Shown: positions 1-9,828 of the stretch, in pieces | Numbering within the stretch: position 1 is the first letter of the stretch | Layout: each line of letters starts with the position of its first letter | Source: a virus | Lineage: Duplodnaviria > Caudoviricetes | Strand: one strand, 5' to 3' | IMG/VR virus record: IMGVR_UViG_3300046710_000082 | Location: 1-35,689 of that record | DNA: 35,689 nt | Translations under genes and position numbers: made by a program | Notes under the pieces: model-generated | What the model was told of the DNA's origin: nothing | What the model saw: the letters and a program-made list of their open reading frames with translations, nothing else | Database searches by the model: none

Positions 1-127
1 CAAAGGCGGTCTGGTGGACTGAGGACGAGCGCTACATGGCATTGTTCCGCAAGCATACGCACAATTGGCACGTCAAGGTGTCCATCATCACGCTGGATGA
101 AGCGAAGGCGCGTGTGATTGAGCGTGG
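1..127. repeat. Terminal direct repeat, left copy (assembly overlap of a circular or permuted genome)
   Basis: Bases 1-127 are identical to 35563-35689. 127 is a common assembler k-mer size and the repeat falls mid-gene. Confidence 0.95.
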
Positions 128-887
128 TTGCCCTTCGCCACAGGAACGGCTCAGAGCAATAGCGAACCTGACCAAGAACGGCATCCATGTCACCTTGCGG
201 CTACGTCCGTACATCATCGGCGCTTCAGAGGACTATGCACGTCTGATTGCGTCTGCTCACGAGAGTGGAGCGGAAAGCATCACGGCTGAGTATTTCTGCC
301 TTGAAGGACGAGCAGACCAGAAACTGTGCCAGCGGTATGACGCGATGAGCAAGGTGCTGGGCTATGACATCCACACCTTCTACAAGGAAAACAGCAAGCA
401 GCAGGGCTACAAGCGCCTGAGCCGAGCAATCAAACTGAGCGTGTTCCTCTCCATGCGCGAGATAGCACATTCGTATGGGATGCGCTTCCTCTGTTCGGAC
501 GCGCACGGGCGCGACCTGAGCGATGACGTGAACTGCTGTGGCGTACCAATGGCTTGGGGCTGTAGCCAGACGTGCCATTTCGGCGGCGCGATTGAGTTGG
601 CGAAGAAGAATGGAAGCGTGGCGTACTCAGAGATTGAGCCAGACATCAAGCGCCTGTTCTCCTTTGGTTGGGTACAGGCTGCGAACTTCAACACCAGCAC
701 GAATGAAGCACGGGCGGTGTTCTATGACACGCGCATGAGCGAATGGTTTCGGCACGTCTGGAACACCGTCAAGGACGGACGCTCTCCTGCGCGTGGCTAT
801 GGGCGTGTCCTTACGGCAAAGGGCAGAGACACGAATGGCGATGTCGTCTACAAGTACACGGGAGTGAACAATGCCAAAGAGGATTGA
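1..887 (+). CDS. C-terminal part of a radical SAM protein (spore photoproduct lyase / Rv2578c-like); continues from 35154 across the circular junction, 431 aa in total
   Basis: In frame with the ORF starting at 35154 via the terminal overlap. ERGCPSPQERLRAIANL..GIHVTLRLRPYI resembles the EPxAPSPxERL..GIxVxxxxxPII segment of SPL-like rSAM proteins. Confidence 0.85.
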   Translation, partial: KAVWWTEDERYMALFRKHTHNWHVKVSIITLDEAKARVIERGCPSPQERLRAIANLTKNGIHVTLRLRPYIIGASEDYARLIASAHESGAESITAEYFCLEGRADQKLCQRYDAMSKVLGYDIHTFYKENSKQQGYKRLSRAIKLSVFLSMREIAHSYGMRFLCSDAHGRDLSDDVNCCGVPMAWGCSQTCHFGGAIELAKKNGSVAYSEIEPDIKRLFSFGWVQAANFNTSTNEARAVFYDTRMSEWFRHVWNTVKDGRSPARGYGRVLTAKGRDTNGDVVYKYTGVNNAKED

Positions 888-1386
888 TTGGGTGAAGGTG
901 CTAGACACTTACAAGAAGCGCAATCCTAGGCCATCTCTCACCGACCTTGCAAAAGAGTTTGGCTGTTCACGGGAATACTTGACCCGTAAGGCAAACGATG
1001 AGGAATGGGCAGTAGAACGGCAGCGCTTCCAAGAGCGTGTCCTAGAGCGCAAGGACGAAAAGGACATAGAAAGTCTTGCTGAGGCAGGAAGCGCATTTGA
1101 CAAACATATGTTCCAATTGGCTCAATGGATTGCCGTGGAAGCATACAATGAACGCAAGGACAACCTTGGCAAGATATTTGAGGTTGCCAAGTCCGTTGAG
1201 ATTGCTCAGCGCGTGGGAAAGGCAGCGCTTGGCGACGTTGTGAAACCACCAGATGACCCACGGATGAAGGTTGTGGAGGAAGTGCTGATTGAATACGCAA
1301 GCGCAATTGGTAACGGCAAGGTATCTGACGGAAACAGTCCTGAACAATCCGTACATCCCTCAGAAACCAACGCCGAAACAGGCTGA
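871..1386 (+). CDS. terS: Terminase small subunit (putative)
   Basis: N-terminal HTH-like segment (SLTDLAKEFGCSREYLTRKANDEEW), helical body, directly upstream of and overlapping terL. Confidence 0.7.
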   Translation: MPKRIDWVKVLDTYKKRNPRPSLTDLAKEFGCSREYLTRKANDEEWAVERQRFQERVLERKDEKDIESLAEAGSAFDKHMFQLAQWIAVEAYNERKDNLGKIFEVAKSVEIAQRVGKAALGDVVKPPDDPRMKVVEEVLIEYASAIGNGKVSDGNSPEQSVHPSETNAETG

Positions 1387-2566
1387 GTTCCTGCTACTGC
1401 TTGACCTTGAAGCGTTGTATGGCGGCGCGGCTGGCGGCGGCAAGTCCTCCGCACTGCTCATGGGTGGTTTGCAGTTTGTCCAGATGCCAGACTACAGCGC
1501 TATCATCTTCAGACGCAACTATACGGATATGCTGCTCAGAGATGCCGTCATGGACAGGGCAAAAGCATGGCTGATAAACAAGGATTGCCGATGGTCAGCG
1601 GATGCACACACTTGGCGCTTTCCTTCAGGGGCTTCGCTTGCCTTTGGATTCTTGGACAATCCAAACGACAAGTACAGGTATCAATCAGCCGCATTTCAAT
1701 ACATCGGCTGGGATGAAGTCACACAGTTTGAGGAAAATGACTATCTGTTCATGTATTCCCGTCTGCGGAAACCAAAGGATTCACCGATTCCGTTACGCAT
1801 GAGGGCGGCAAGCAATCCTGGTGGGCGCGGTCATATGTGGGTGCGCGACAGGTTCATCAATCCAGAGACACGCAAGGCTGCATTCATCCCTGCGCTGCTG
1901 GATGACAACCCGTACATAGACAAGGCATCCTATGAGGAATCACTGAACCGTCTGGACGCTGTAACGCGCAGACAGTACAGGTACGGCGATTGGGATGTTC
2001 AGGCATCGGGCAATATGTTCAGGCGTGAGTCTTGGAAGTTGGTGGAGGACTATCCACGCAACGGAATGACGATTCGGGCTTGGGATTTTGCTGGAACAGA
2101 ATCTACAGGCAAGAATGACCCTGACTGGACTGTGGGAACAAAGATGTGTATGCTTGGTGGTCGGTATTGGATTCTGGACGTTGTTCGGGCAAGGCTGTCT
2201 CCTGCTGGGGTTGAGAACCTTATCAGGAACACAGCGCACATGGATGGCTATGGCGTGGAGATTTGGCTGGAACAGGAACCTGCGGACGCTGGACTCACAG
2301 TGGTTCAGCACTATGCCCGTGAAGTGCTGTCTGGATATTCGTGCTTCTATGAGCGTGCCAAGGACAGCAAGACCGAGCGCGCAAAGGGCTTCAGCGCGGC
2401 TGTGGAGAACGGGAACGTGAGCCTGTTGGAAGGGCGCTGGCGTAGAGAGTTTGTGGATGAACTCGCGTTGTTCCCGACAGATGGAGTACACGATGACCAA
2501 GAAGATTCAGCGTCACTGGCGTTCAGGAAGTTGTCTGAGTATGTGAACTCATCCGTGGTGAGATAG
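1289..2566 (+). CDS. terL: Terminase large subunit
   Basis: Walker A YGGAAGGGKS, Walker B IGWDE, ASNP coupling motif, nuclease motifs AWDFA and HDDQED. TTG start with GGAGG upstream. Confidence 0.95.
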   Translation: MNTQAQLVTARYLTETVLNNPYIPQKPTPKQAEFLLLLDLEALYGGAAGGGKSSALLMGGLQFVQMPDYSAIIFRRNYTDMLLRDAVMDRAKAWLINKDCRWSADAHTWRFPSGASLAFGFLDNPNDKYRYQSAAFQYIGWDEVTQFEENDYLFMYSRLRKPKDSPIPLRMRAASNPGGRGHMWVRDRFINPETRKAAFIPALLDDNPYIDKASYEESLNRLDAVTRRQYRYGDWDVQASGNMFRRESWKLVEDYPRNGMTIRAWDFAGTESTGKNDPDWTVGTKMCMLGGRYWILDVVRARLSPAGVENLIRNTAHMDGYGVEIWLEQEPADAGLTVVQHYAREVLSGYSCFYERAKDSKTERAKGFSAAVENGNVSLLEGRWRREFVDELALFPTDGVHDDQEDSASLAFRKLSEYVNSSVVR

Positions 2567-2575
2567 GAGGTTGTG

Positions 2576-4048
2576 ATGGACATTGGTTATTTCAAGGTTT
2601 CAGCGGATTGGCCGCCAAAAGAGGAACTGCCAAGGCTTGTAACCTATGAGAACAACAGGAAGTTGTGGGAAGGTGACCATGAGGAAGTGTTCAGGGCACG
2701 CTGGGAGAAACTGCTGAGAGCGCCAGAAGACAAGGAATACAGAATGAGTATCAATGCCCACAGGCGCATCACAACCCTCTTCGCAGACCTTGTGTTTGGC
2801 AGGGAGCCAACGTACAAGTCCAAGGAGACAGACTATTTGGACAGCCTCATCGGGCGCGATACATCGGAGCCGCTTCAACGCATCAGTTATGAGGTTGCTC
2901 AGGACTTCAGCCGCTATGGCGTTGGTATCTACAAGGTGTACTTTGACGGTGCACGGTCAAGGATAGCGGCTCAACCGCCTTGCTATTGGTTCCCTGTGGT
3001 GAACCCAATGAACATCAAGGAGATTGAGCAACACATCATCGCATATCGCTACAAGATGGCTGATGGTTTCTATCTTGCCGTGGAAGTCCATGAGCGTGGG
3101 AAACTCACACAAGAGACGTGGGCGATGAACCGTGATGGAACCAGAATCATAGCGCTGGAAGGTGAGCCGATTGAACAGGCGACAGGCGTTGATGACTTCC
3201 TTGTGTTCCCGTGCATCAACTCCACCACGTCTGATTCGCTGTTCGGCAAGGATGACTACAGCGACATCAATGAGGTTGTGTCGGAATTGGAAGTGCGCCA
3301 CGCTCAGGTCAGCCGTGTTCAGGACAAGAACGCAGACCCTGTGCTGACTGGACCGCGCACTGCCATCAAGATGAACCCTGATACGGGCAAGCCATTCGTG
3401 GACATCGTTGGTGGAAGGTACATTGGTGGAACCAAGGATGATATGCCGTACTCATACTTGACGTGGGATGGTATGATGTCTGCGAACTTCACAGAAGTCG
3501 GGAACCTCATGGAACTCATGTACTTCCTGTCTGAGACAAGCCCTGCTGCGTTCGGGAAGTTGGAACAGGGGCTTGCTGCGAGTGGTGCGGCTCTGCGGCG
3601 CATGATGATTCCAACGCTTGCGAAGGTTGACCGTATGAAAATGGCGATTGCTCCTGCGCTCCGTGGAGCCATGATTGCCGCAAGTTGTCTGGACAAGGAG
3701 CGCGTTGTGGCTGGCGCTGTGGAGTTGGAAGACCTCAGTGTGACCCTCAATACAGGGCTTCCGATTGACCCAAGCGAAGTGTTGGTCAACCAGACCACCT
3801 TGCTTTCCGCTGGTCTGACCACCAAGAAGCGTGCTGTGATGGAGTTGTTCGGGATGAATGAGGATGATGCTGAGCAGTTCGTTATAGAGATTGCTGCGGA
3901 AACCAAGGCAGAGCGTCCACCAGCACCTGAAGCACCACCCGTGACACCGTTCATTCAAATCAATTCTATTGAAAAGCAAAAGCCTGTGACACCGAGCGCA
4001 AACCTTGTAACAGAGCCGCAGACGGTTGAGCAGAAGTCCTTGAAATGA
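2576..4048 (+). CDS. Portal protein (SPP1 gp6-like)
   Basis: About 490 aa directly after terL, with FGKDDYSDI, YLTWD and SGAALRRMM segments typical of SPP1-type portals. AGGAGG RBS at 2565-2570. Confidence 0.88.
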   Translation: MDIGYFKVSADWPPKEELPRLVTYENNRKLWEGDHEEVFRARWEKLLRAPEDKEYRMSINAHRRITTLFADLVFGREPTYKSKETDYLDSLIGRDTSEPLQRISYEVAQDFSRYGVGIYKVYFDGARSRIAAQPPCYWFPVVNPMNIKEIEQHIIAYRYKMADGFYLAVEVHERGKLTQETWAMNRDGTRIIALEGEPIEQATGVDDFLVFPCINSTTSDSLFGKDDYSDINEVVSELEVRHAQVSRVQDKNADPVLTGPRTAIKMNPDTGKPFVDIVGGRYIGGTKDDMPYSYLTWDGMMSANFTEVGNLMELMYFLSETSPAAFGKLEQGLAASGAALRRMMIPTLAKVDRMKMAIAPALRGAMIAASCLDKERVVAGAVELEDLSVTLNTGLPIDPSEVLVNQTTLLSAGLTTKKRAVMELFGMNEDDAEQFVIEIAAETKAERPPAPEAPPVTPFIQINSIEKQKPVTPSANLVTEPQTVEQKSLK

Positions 4049-4872
4049 CCTTTGAGCGCATCATCAACCTGATAGATTCAGCGGTTGCGGCTCTCACGCT
4101 CAACGTCAAGAAAGGTGAGAACGCGCTGATGAACAACGTCATCATGGGATTGGCTGGTCATCAGTCGTTTGCGGACATCCAGCGTGAGACAAAGGCAACG
4201 CAAAAGGAACTGACCAAAGTGTTCAGCGCTTGGACGCAAGAGGAAGTACCAACCCTATATGGATTCGGGATGAAACGTGCCTCTGACCTGATAGGGCTTG
4301 GCTCTGTGGTTCCTGCGTTTGGCGTGATGCACAAGGAAGCCCTACAACTTGTGATGGACAACGCTTACAGCCACTTCATGGACGCAAGCGACTTCATCGG
4401 AAGGCGTGTCAACGACACGTTCAGAAAGATTGCGCTTGAACGTGTTGGTCAACAGATTGCTGGCGGCGCATCCATAGATACCACCAAGGAACTCATCATC
4501 AGCGACCTGCAAAAGCGCGGCTTGACAGGTTTCACGGATTCCGCTGGCAGGGAATGGGATTTGAGCCGCTATGCCGAGATGGTGGCGCGGACAACGAGTA
4601 TGGAAGCGTACACCACGGGAAGTGTCAACAAGTACAAAGAGGAAGGTGTTGACCTTGTGCGCGTGCTTGGCAGGGAGCCAGAAGAAGGTGTGTCCAGCGA
4701 TGCTGCGTTTGAGTATTTTGACAAGGTTCTGTCGCTGACAGGGGCAACTGAGGGCTTCCCGACCTTGGCAGAAGCAGAAGCGGCTGGACTGATGCACCCG
4801 AACAATTGGCGTGACCTTGTGCCGCTCAGTCCAAGAGAGGCAGAGGAATTGATTGGCAGCAATGGAGGCTGA
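4045..4872 (+). CDS. Minor capsid / head morphogenesis protein (MuF / minor capsid 2-like)
   Basis: Follows the portal. FTDSAGREWDLSRYAEMVARTT motif and C-terminal GLMHPN. Confidence 0.8.
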   Translation: MTFERIINLIDSAVAALTLNVKKGENALMNNVIMGLAGHQSFADIQRETKATQKELTKVFSAWTQEEVPTLYGFGMKRASDLIGLGSVVPAFGVMHKEALQLVMDNAYSHFMDASDFIGRRVNDTFRKIALERVGQQIAGGASIDTTKELIISDLQKRGLTGFTDSAGREWDLSRYAEMVARTTSMEAYTTGSVNKYKEEGVDLVRVLGREPEEGVSSDAAFEYFDKVLSLTGATEGFPTLAEAEAAGLMHPNNWRDLVPLSPREAEELIGSNGG

Positions 4873-4873
4873 G

Positions 4874-5068
4874 ATGAAGGACAAGACAGAAGCATACAAG
4901 GAAAAGAGCGCGGCAATCCTCACCATATTCAATCCTGCGGATATGAGCGCAGAAGGCAAAAAGGATGTGGTGAAGTGGTTGAAGCGGCAGGTGCGGTTCT
5001 TTGAGAAGTATGGAAACACAATGGCAAGCAGGTTCTGTGCAAGGTATCTATACAAGGAGCGTGAGTGA
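4874..5068 (+). CDS. Hypothetical protein (64 aa)
   Basis: GGAGG RBS at 4864-4868 and ATG at 4874; tightly packed between neighbours. Confidence 0.6.
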   Translation: MKDKTEAYKEKSAAILTIFNPADMSAEGKKDVVKWLKRQVRFFEKYGNTMASRFCARYLYKERE

Positions 5069-5069
5069 G

Positions 5070-5207
5070 ATGCCCTTGAAGAAAGGTTACAGCAGCAAAA
5101 CGATTGGCAAGAACATCAAGACTGAGATTGCGGCAGGAAGGCCACGAAAACAGGCGGTTGCCATCGCAATCTCTGTTGCAAAAAAGGCAAAAGGCAAGCG
5201 CAAGTAG
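5070..5207 (+). CDS. Small basic phage protein (MPLKKG..S.KTI..NI..E...G.P.KQAVAIA family)
   Basis: 45-aa Lys-rich ORF with AAGGAG RBS. The motif is a common phage head-region small protein. Confidence 0.75.
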   Translation: MPLKKGYSSKTIGKNIKTEIAAGRPRKQAVAIAISVAKKAKGKRK

Positions 5208-5209
5208 TA

Positions 5210-5233
5210 TTGACAACGGAAGTGTGCTATAAT
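5210..5233 (+). promoter_or_regulatory. Promoter upstream of scaffold/capsid genes (extended -10 TGnTATAAT; TTGACA only 12 bp upstream)
   Basis: TTGACA 5210-5215 and TGCTATAAT 5225-5233 in an intergenic gap. Confidence 0.65.
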
Positions 5234-5276
5234 ACAAGCGTTCACGGAACTCCAACGGAGACAGGAGGATGTTGTA

Positions 5277-5798
5277 ATGGCTGATGAGAACAAGACAGGC
5301 AAAGAAGTCATAGACGGCAAGGAAGCAACAACCACGCTCACTGACGGCGGCAAAGGTCAGGAACCCACCACATTCACACAGGCTGATGTAGACCGCATTA
5401 TCAAAGACCGTCTGGAACGTGAAGGAATCAAGGACTTGAAGGCAAAAGCCAAGGAACTTGATGACTTCAAGAAGGGTCAGATGACAGCAGAGGACGCTGC
5501 GAAAGCCACAGTTGCCGAACTTCAACAGAAGTTGGCAGTGGCAGACGCTGAGCGCGCAACTCTGCGGCTGGCTCAACTCAAAGACGATTTGCTTGATAAG
5601 GCTGGACTGCCGCGTGGATGGTCAAAACGCATCATCGGAACATCTGAGCAGGAGATTGTGGCTGACATAGATGCCCTGCGCAGACAACTGACTGAGGGTG
5701 GCGTTCAGACCGTGGGCGGCGCAGGAAATCCTGCTGACCGTGCAAAGGCTGGCAACAAGCCCACTCTGTCAGAGTTGCTCCAACGAGCAATCAGATAA
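5277..5798 (+). CDS. Capsid scaffolding protein (DUF4355-like)
   Basis: TFTQADVDRIIKDRLERE motif, coiled-coil, directly before the major capsid gene, AGGAGG RBS. Confidence 0.85.
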   Translation: MADENKTGKEVIDGKEATTTLTDGGKGQEPTTFTQADVDRIIKDRLEREGIKDLKAKAKELDDFKKGQMTAEDAAKATVAELQQKLAVADAERATLRLAQLKDDLLDKAGLPRGWSKRIIGTSEQEIVADIDALRRQLTEGGVQTVGGAGNPADRAKAGNKPTLSELLQRAIR

Positions 5799-5816
5799 CA
5801 ACAGGAGGTTGTTGCT

Positions 5817-6767
5817 ATGGCATACGCAGGTAGCGGTGTGGACAATGCAGATGTCCTTGCATTGCTCCGTGAAGAGTTTGCTCCACAGATTATAACAGGC
5901 GCTCTGGAAGAGTCGGCAGTTCTGCCTCTCTCCAAGCGTCTGCCTGACTTTTCCAAGTACAAGGAAAAGATGGCGGTGCTTGACACGCTGGTCACCGCAT
6001 ACTTCCCTGATGCCGCTAGCGATTTGCCTGGGGTCATCACGACCAGCACAGCGGCATGGGCGAACGTGTACCTGTACGCTGAGAAGATTGCCGCAATCGT
6101 GCCTATTCCCAAGGACGCGATTGAGGACAGCGACTATCCGATTGAGGATGCGCTGATTCCCGCAATCAAGGAAGCAATGGGCTACGCGATTGACTGCGCC
6201 ATCATCCACGGCACAGGCAAGCCCACCAACTGGCCAGCCGCTCTTTACACCACCATCAACGCAGCAGGGCAGGTGGTTTCTGAGGCTGGGTTCACCGACC
6301 TGTATGACGCGCTCTACAAGAGCACGGGCTGCTTCGGGTTGGTTGAGGCTGACGGGTTCTCAGTCACGGGCGCTCTGGTCATGCCTTCCATGCTTTCGGA
6401 GTTCAGGGAGTGCCGTTCTTCAACAGGCGCGGCAATCTTCATCCCTACTCCTGCTGAGAAAATCAAGTACAGCGTGAACGGTGTGCCGCTCAACGTGGAC
6501 AACCGTGGCGCTGTCGGAGCCGCCAACAGTCTCCTTGGAATCTTTGGAGACTTCAAGCAGTTGGTCTATGCCATCCGCAAGTCCATGACGTTTGAGGTTC
6601 TGAAGGAAGCCACGCTGGTTGTTGGCGGCGACACCATCAACCTTGCTCAGCGCGATATGATTGCCCTGAAGTGCACGGGCAGACTTGGCTGGGCGCTTCC
6701 GAATCCCGTCAACAGACTTCAGGTGACTGCTGCCAACCGCTGCGCGTTCTCAGCCCTGACGGCATAA
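5817..6767 (+). CDS. Major capsid protein (HK97 fold)
   Basis: 316 aa with KIAAIVPIP.DAIEDS, AIDCAIIHGTG, GDF and NLAQRDMIALK motifs; AGGAGG RBS. Confidence 0.92.
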   Translation: MAYAGSGVDNADVLALLREEFAPQIITGALEESAVLPLSKRLPDFSKYKEKMAVLDTLVTAYFPDAASDLPGVITTSTAAWANVYLYAEKIAAIVPIPKDAIEDSDYPIEDALIPAIKEAMGYAIDCAIIHGTGKPTNWPAALYTTINAAGQVVSEAGFTDLYDALYKSTGCFGLVEADGFSVTGALVMPSMLSEFRECRSSTGAAIFIPTPAEKIKYSVNGVPLNVDNRGAVGAANSLLGIFGDFKQLVYAIRKSMTFEVLKEATLVVGGDTINLAQRDMIALKCTGRLGWALPNPVNRLQVTAANRCAFSALTA

Positions 6768-6777
6768 GGAGGTTGAT

Positions 6778-7350
6778 ATGGGTTGGTTTCCATTCAATCC
6801 CAATATTGGTCGGTGGATTCAGGGCTTCAACTCATCCACATTCCTGTCACGACTGAAGGTTGTGGCTGAGTATCACCAGAAGCCTGTGCTTGGTTCCACC
6901 AAGACCGTACACGCAACGCTGACCTGTGGTGAAGCGATTGTCACGACCACAACCGCAATCACTCAGCCTGATGTTCCACGCAACCTTGTCCTCACTGGCA
7001 ATGTTGGTGCGAATGAGGTTGTCAGAGCCAACGGACTGAACGCGGCTGGTGTCGCGTTCTATGAGGACTTCACGCTGAACGCAACCACTCCGATTGTCGG
7101 AGCCAAGGCATTCAAGACAGTTGTGAGCATCGTCACTCCCATCGGCACTCACACGGTTGATATCGTGTGTGGCAACGTGCTGGGGCTGGCTCACAAACTG
7201 GCGTATGACAGTGCACTCCTGAAGCGCTTTGACAACGGCACGGATACAGGCACGCTGGCTGTTTCAGCAACTGTGCTTGAATCCAACACGTTTGCCCCTT
7301 CGGGAACGCTGAACGGTTCCAAGTACGTTGACCTAGCATACTTGGTGTAA
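6778..7350 (+). CDS. Putative head decoration / structural protein
   Basis: Thr/Val/Gly-rich beta-type protein right after the capsid gene, strong AGGAGG RBS, followed by a hairpin. Confidence 0.6.
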   Translation: MGWFPFNPNIGRWIQGFNSSTFLSRLKVVAEYHQKPVLGSTKTVHATLTCGEAIVTTTTAITQPDVPRNLVLTGNVGANEVVRANGLNAAGVAFYEDFTLNATTPIVGAKAFKTVVSIVTPIGTHTVDIVCGNVLGLAHKLAYDSALLKRFDNGTDTGTLAVSATVLESNTFAPSGTLNGSKYVDLAYLV

Positions 7351-7363
7351 CAACCAAGCCAAC

Positions 7364-7394
7364 GGAGCCGCTTGCGTCAACAACAGGCGGCTCC
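7364..7394 (+). terminator. Stem-loop after capsid/decoration genes (attenuator or mRNA stabiliser; no U-tract)
   Basis: GGAGCCGCTTG (7364-7374) pairs with CAGGCGGCTCC (7384-7394), with one G-U pair. Confidence 0.55.
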
Positions 7395-7414
7395 AATATC
7401 CATTGGAGGCATCC

Positions 7415-7645
7415 ATGCTTATCAAGTTCCTGAGACGCCACCTGTCCTATGAGCCGAACAGTGTTCACGACATAGAGGATGAGGTGGCGTTCCTGTATGT
7501 TCGGAATGGGCTGGCAGTTCCTGCTGAATCAAAGACACCGCCACCTGTCGTGACCGTTGACGAAGGCATGAAGTTCCCTGACCCTATCGTCACGGTGCTT
7601 GTGAAGAACAAGGGCGGCAGACCGCCAAACAAGCCAAGGGCGTGA
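7415..7645 (+). CDS. Small head-region hypothetical protein
   Basis: GGAGG RBS, ATG 7415, C-terminal basic GGRPPNKPRA tail; typical position between capsid and adaptor. Confidence 0.65.
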   Translation: MLIKFLRRHLSYEPNSVHDIEDEVAFLYVRNGLAVPAESKTPPPVVTVDEGMKFPDPIVTVLVKNKGGRPPNKPRA

Positions 7646-7646
7646 G

Positions 7647-8129
7647 ATGTCGTACACGTCTGTCCTTGTGGTTGGAACAAACTCCTATGTGACTGTTGCG
7701 GAAGCGGCAGCCTACTTCACCCTGCGCTTGGATTCGGCAGAGTGGACAGAAGCGACTGATGCCGACAAGGATGCGGCGCTTGCGATGGCGTGCAAGGCGA
7801 TTGACCGCTTGCCGTGGGCTGGGTACAAGTATCAGCCCGATTATCAAGTGCTGGCGTTCCCAAGGGTTGCCGCCTTCGCTGACGGAGATTCTTGGACGAT
7901 GCTTGGCGTTGTTCGGCAACAGGTGAGAGACGCTCAATGTGAGGAAGCCCTTGCGATTCTCAGGCATCAGGCTGACACACGGCTGGAACTGATGCGGATT
8001 GGGTTGACGGGCGCTATGATTGACGGCGCTTCTGAACAGTACAAGTCGGACGCAGGACAGGGGCTGTTGTCTGTTCAAGCCAAAGAACTCCTGCGGCCTT
8101 GGTCAACCGATGTTGTGGACATGATATGA
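7647..8129 (+). CDS. Head-tail adaptor (DnaT-like family)
   Basis: NSYVTVAEAAAYF, QVLAFPR and VRDAQCEEA motifs; neck position. Confidence 0.8.
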   Translation: MSYTSVLVVGTNSYVTVAEAAAYFTLRLDSAEWTEATDADKDAALAMACKAIDRLPWAGYKYQPDYQVLAFPRVAAFADGDSWTMLGVVRQQVRDAQCEEALAILRHQADTRLELMRIGLTGAMIDGASEQYKSDAGQGLLSVQAKELLRPWSTDVVDMI

Positions 8130-8623
8130 TTGAGACTTCTGACATCTCCAAACAGATAGCGGCAAGCGTGGCGGTGCTGCGAAAGACCCTGCCCGATGTG
8201 TGCTACGCGGCGCTGATTGACACGGCGATTGAGATTGAAGGAGCCGCCAAGACGAATGTGCCGCACAAGACAAGCAATCTTGCCAGAACCATAACGCATG
8301 AGGGCGATAAGCCGACTATGACCGTGATAGTGGGAACAAACACGGAATACGGTCCATATGTAGAGTATGGCACGGGCATCTTTTCCGAGTTCCCATCGGC
8401 TCCGAAAACGCGCATCGTACCAAAGGTCAAGAAGGCGCTTTCATGGCTCTCAGGCGGTGAGCGAATCACTGTGAAGTCTATCGCAGGAATGACACCAAGA
8501 CCTTTCCTCAGACCAGCCTTTCTTGCCAAGGGTGAGAACTTCGGCAAGAACGTGGACTATGAGATGACCAAGCAGAATATCGCACAGAACGCGCAAGAAT
8601 CGGCAAAGAAGGCATCCAAGTGA
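8126..8623 (+). CDS. HK97 gp10-like tail completion protein
   Basis: AKTNVPHKTSNLARTI, VGTNTEYGPYVEYGTG and GMTPRPFLRPA motifs. Confidence 0.88.
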   Translation: MIETSDISKQIAASVAVLRKTLPDVCYAALIDTAIEIEGAAKTNVPHKTSNLARTITHEGDKPTMTVIVGTNTEYGPYVEYGTGIFSEFPSAPKTRIVPKVKKALSWLSGGERITVKSIAGMTPRPFLRPAFLAKGENFGKNVDYEMTKQNIAQNAQESAKKASK

Positions 8624-8964
8624 GAACTGTTGATTTGGTCACAGCCTTGAAAGCAGGAACGCCACCTTGGGGCAATCGGGTGTATATTACAAAGCCCGAT
8701 GCGGTCAGGGTTCCTCTGGTCATGGTCTATCCGCTTTCCCGTGTGCCGAACAGCAACTACGCCAAGCCCGATGACAAGGAGTTCTTTCACAGGGCGCAGT
8801 TCCAAGTGGAATTGTACACAAAGGTTGAGACAGTGGCAACCGAAAAGGCAGTCATAGACAGTCTTGCGGCAGTCAAAGGAGTAGTGACCATATCGGGCGC
8901 TGTCTACCAGCACGATTCCGATGTGTTGAGAACCATCTATACAGTTGTAACAACAGGAGGATGA
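8620..8964 (+). CDS. Tail terminator protein (putative)
   Basis: 114 aa with FQVELYT strand, between the gp10-like gene and the tail tube gene. Confidence 0.65.
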   Translation: MRTVDLVTALKAGTPPWGNRVYITKPDAVRVPLVMVYPLSRVPNSNYAKPDDKEFFHRAQFQVELYTKVETVATEKAVIDSLAAVKGVVTISGAVYQHDSDVLRTIYTVVTTGG

Positions 8965-8965
8965 A

Positions 8966-9529
8966 GTGCCTATCACGAATCTCATAGAGAGTCTTGGCGT
9001 TGGCCCCATCATTGACGCTGAAGTCAAGGTTGGCGCAGTTTACACGGCGCTCCTACAGCTTCAGGACATCAAAGGCAAGGCCAAGTTCCTGAACGCAAAG
9101 GGTGTTGGCTTCAACACCTTCGCACTTTCCGCAAAACCCGACACGGTTGACCTTTCCATCATTCAGGGGTGTCTGGACGTCACAGCGCTCCGAGTTCTGC
9201 TAGGACAGGCGGCAATCGGCACGGCAGGAACCACGCCAAGCATCGTGGAAACACAGGCGTTCAAGGCAACGGCGCTCTGCCCGTACTTTGAGTTGTGGGT
9301 ACGCTCCACAGACATCACAGGGCTGGGAACGCTTGGCGTGTCTGACGCACTCCCTGCTGATATGTGGACGCACTTCCCAAAGTGCAAGGTCATGGATGTC
9401 GGCAACATCATCCCATCCGTCAAGGACTACGCAACGGTGGAATTGACCGTTGAAGCCATCGTTGATGCGTCTGATATTCTGTGGGAGTATGTGACCCACG
9501 AAACCAAGATGGCTCTGCCCTCAGCCTGA
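8966..9529 (+). CDS. Major tail tube protein (putative)
   Basis: 187 aa beta-rich protein with GGAGG RBS, preceding the chaperone and tape measure genes. Confidence 0.7.
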   Translation: MPITNLIESLGVGPIIDAEVKVGAVYTALLQLQDIKGKAKFLNAKGVGFNTFALSAKPDTVDLSIIQGCLDVTALRVLLGQAAIGTAGTTPSIVETQAFKATALCPYFELWVRSTDITGLGTLGVSDALPADMWTHFPKCKVMDVGNIIPSVKDYATVELTVEAIVDASDILWEYVTHETKMALPSA

Positions 9530-9828
9530 TGAACGCAGAAGATTACAAGCACCGCAAGGAACATCTGACCTTTCCAAGCGGCTTGGAACTGGACATCACT
9601 CCACCCTCAGCGCTGGATTTGCTTGACGCTATCAGTGACGCTGAGGGTGACGGGATGAAGCGTATCAAGTCCATCATGGAGTTGCTTGGCAAAGGATTCC
9701 CTGAAGGGTTCACACCCTATGACATCAACGACCCGAAAGATGTGATGTTCATGGTGGAGTATGTTGAGAGTTTTTTCGGAAGAATCGCGCCACCAGAATC
9801 CCAAGAGAGTTCAGAGAGTTCATCCTGA
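9529..9828 (+). CDS. Tail assembly chaperone (gpG-like)
   Basis: ATG overlaps the tail-tube stop (TGATG); acidic 99 aa; contains a slippery site near its end. Confidence 0.75.
   Translation: MNAEDYKHRKEHLTFPSGLELDITPPSALDLLDAISDAEGDGMKRIKSIMELLGKGFPEGFTPYDINDPKDVMFMVEYVESFFGRIAPPESQESSESSS

Noticed and set aside
9771-9777. Tail chaperone -1 frameshift as a novelty
   Set aside because: Well supported, but a standard feature of long-tailed phages; listed as a feature only.
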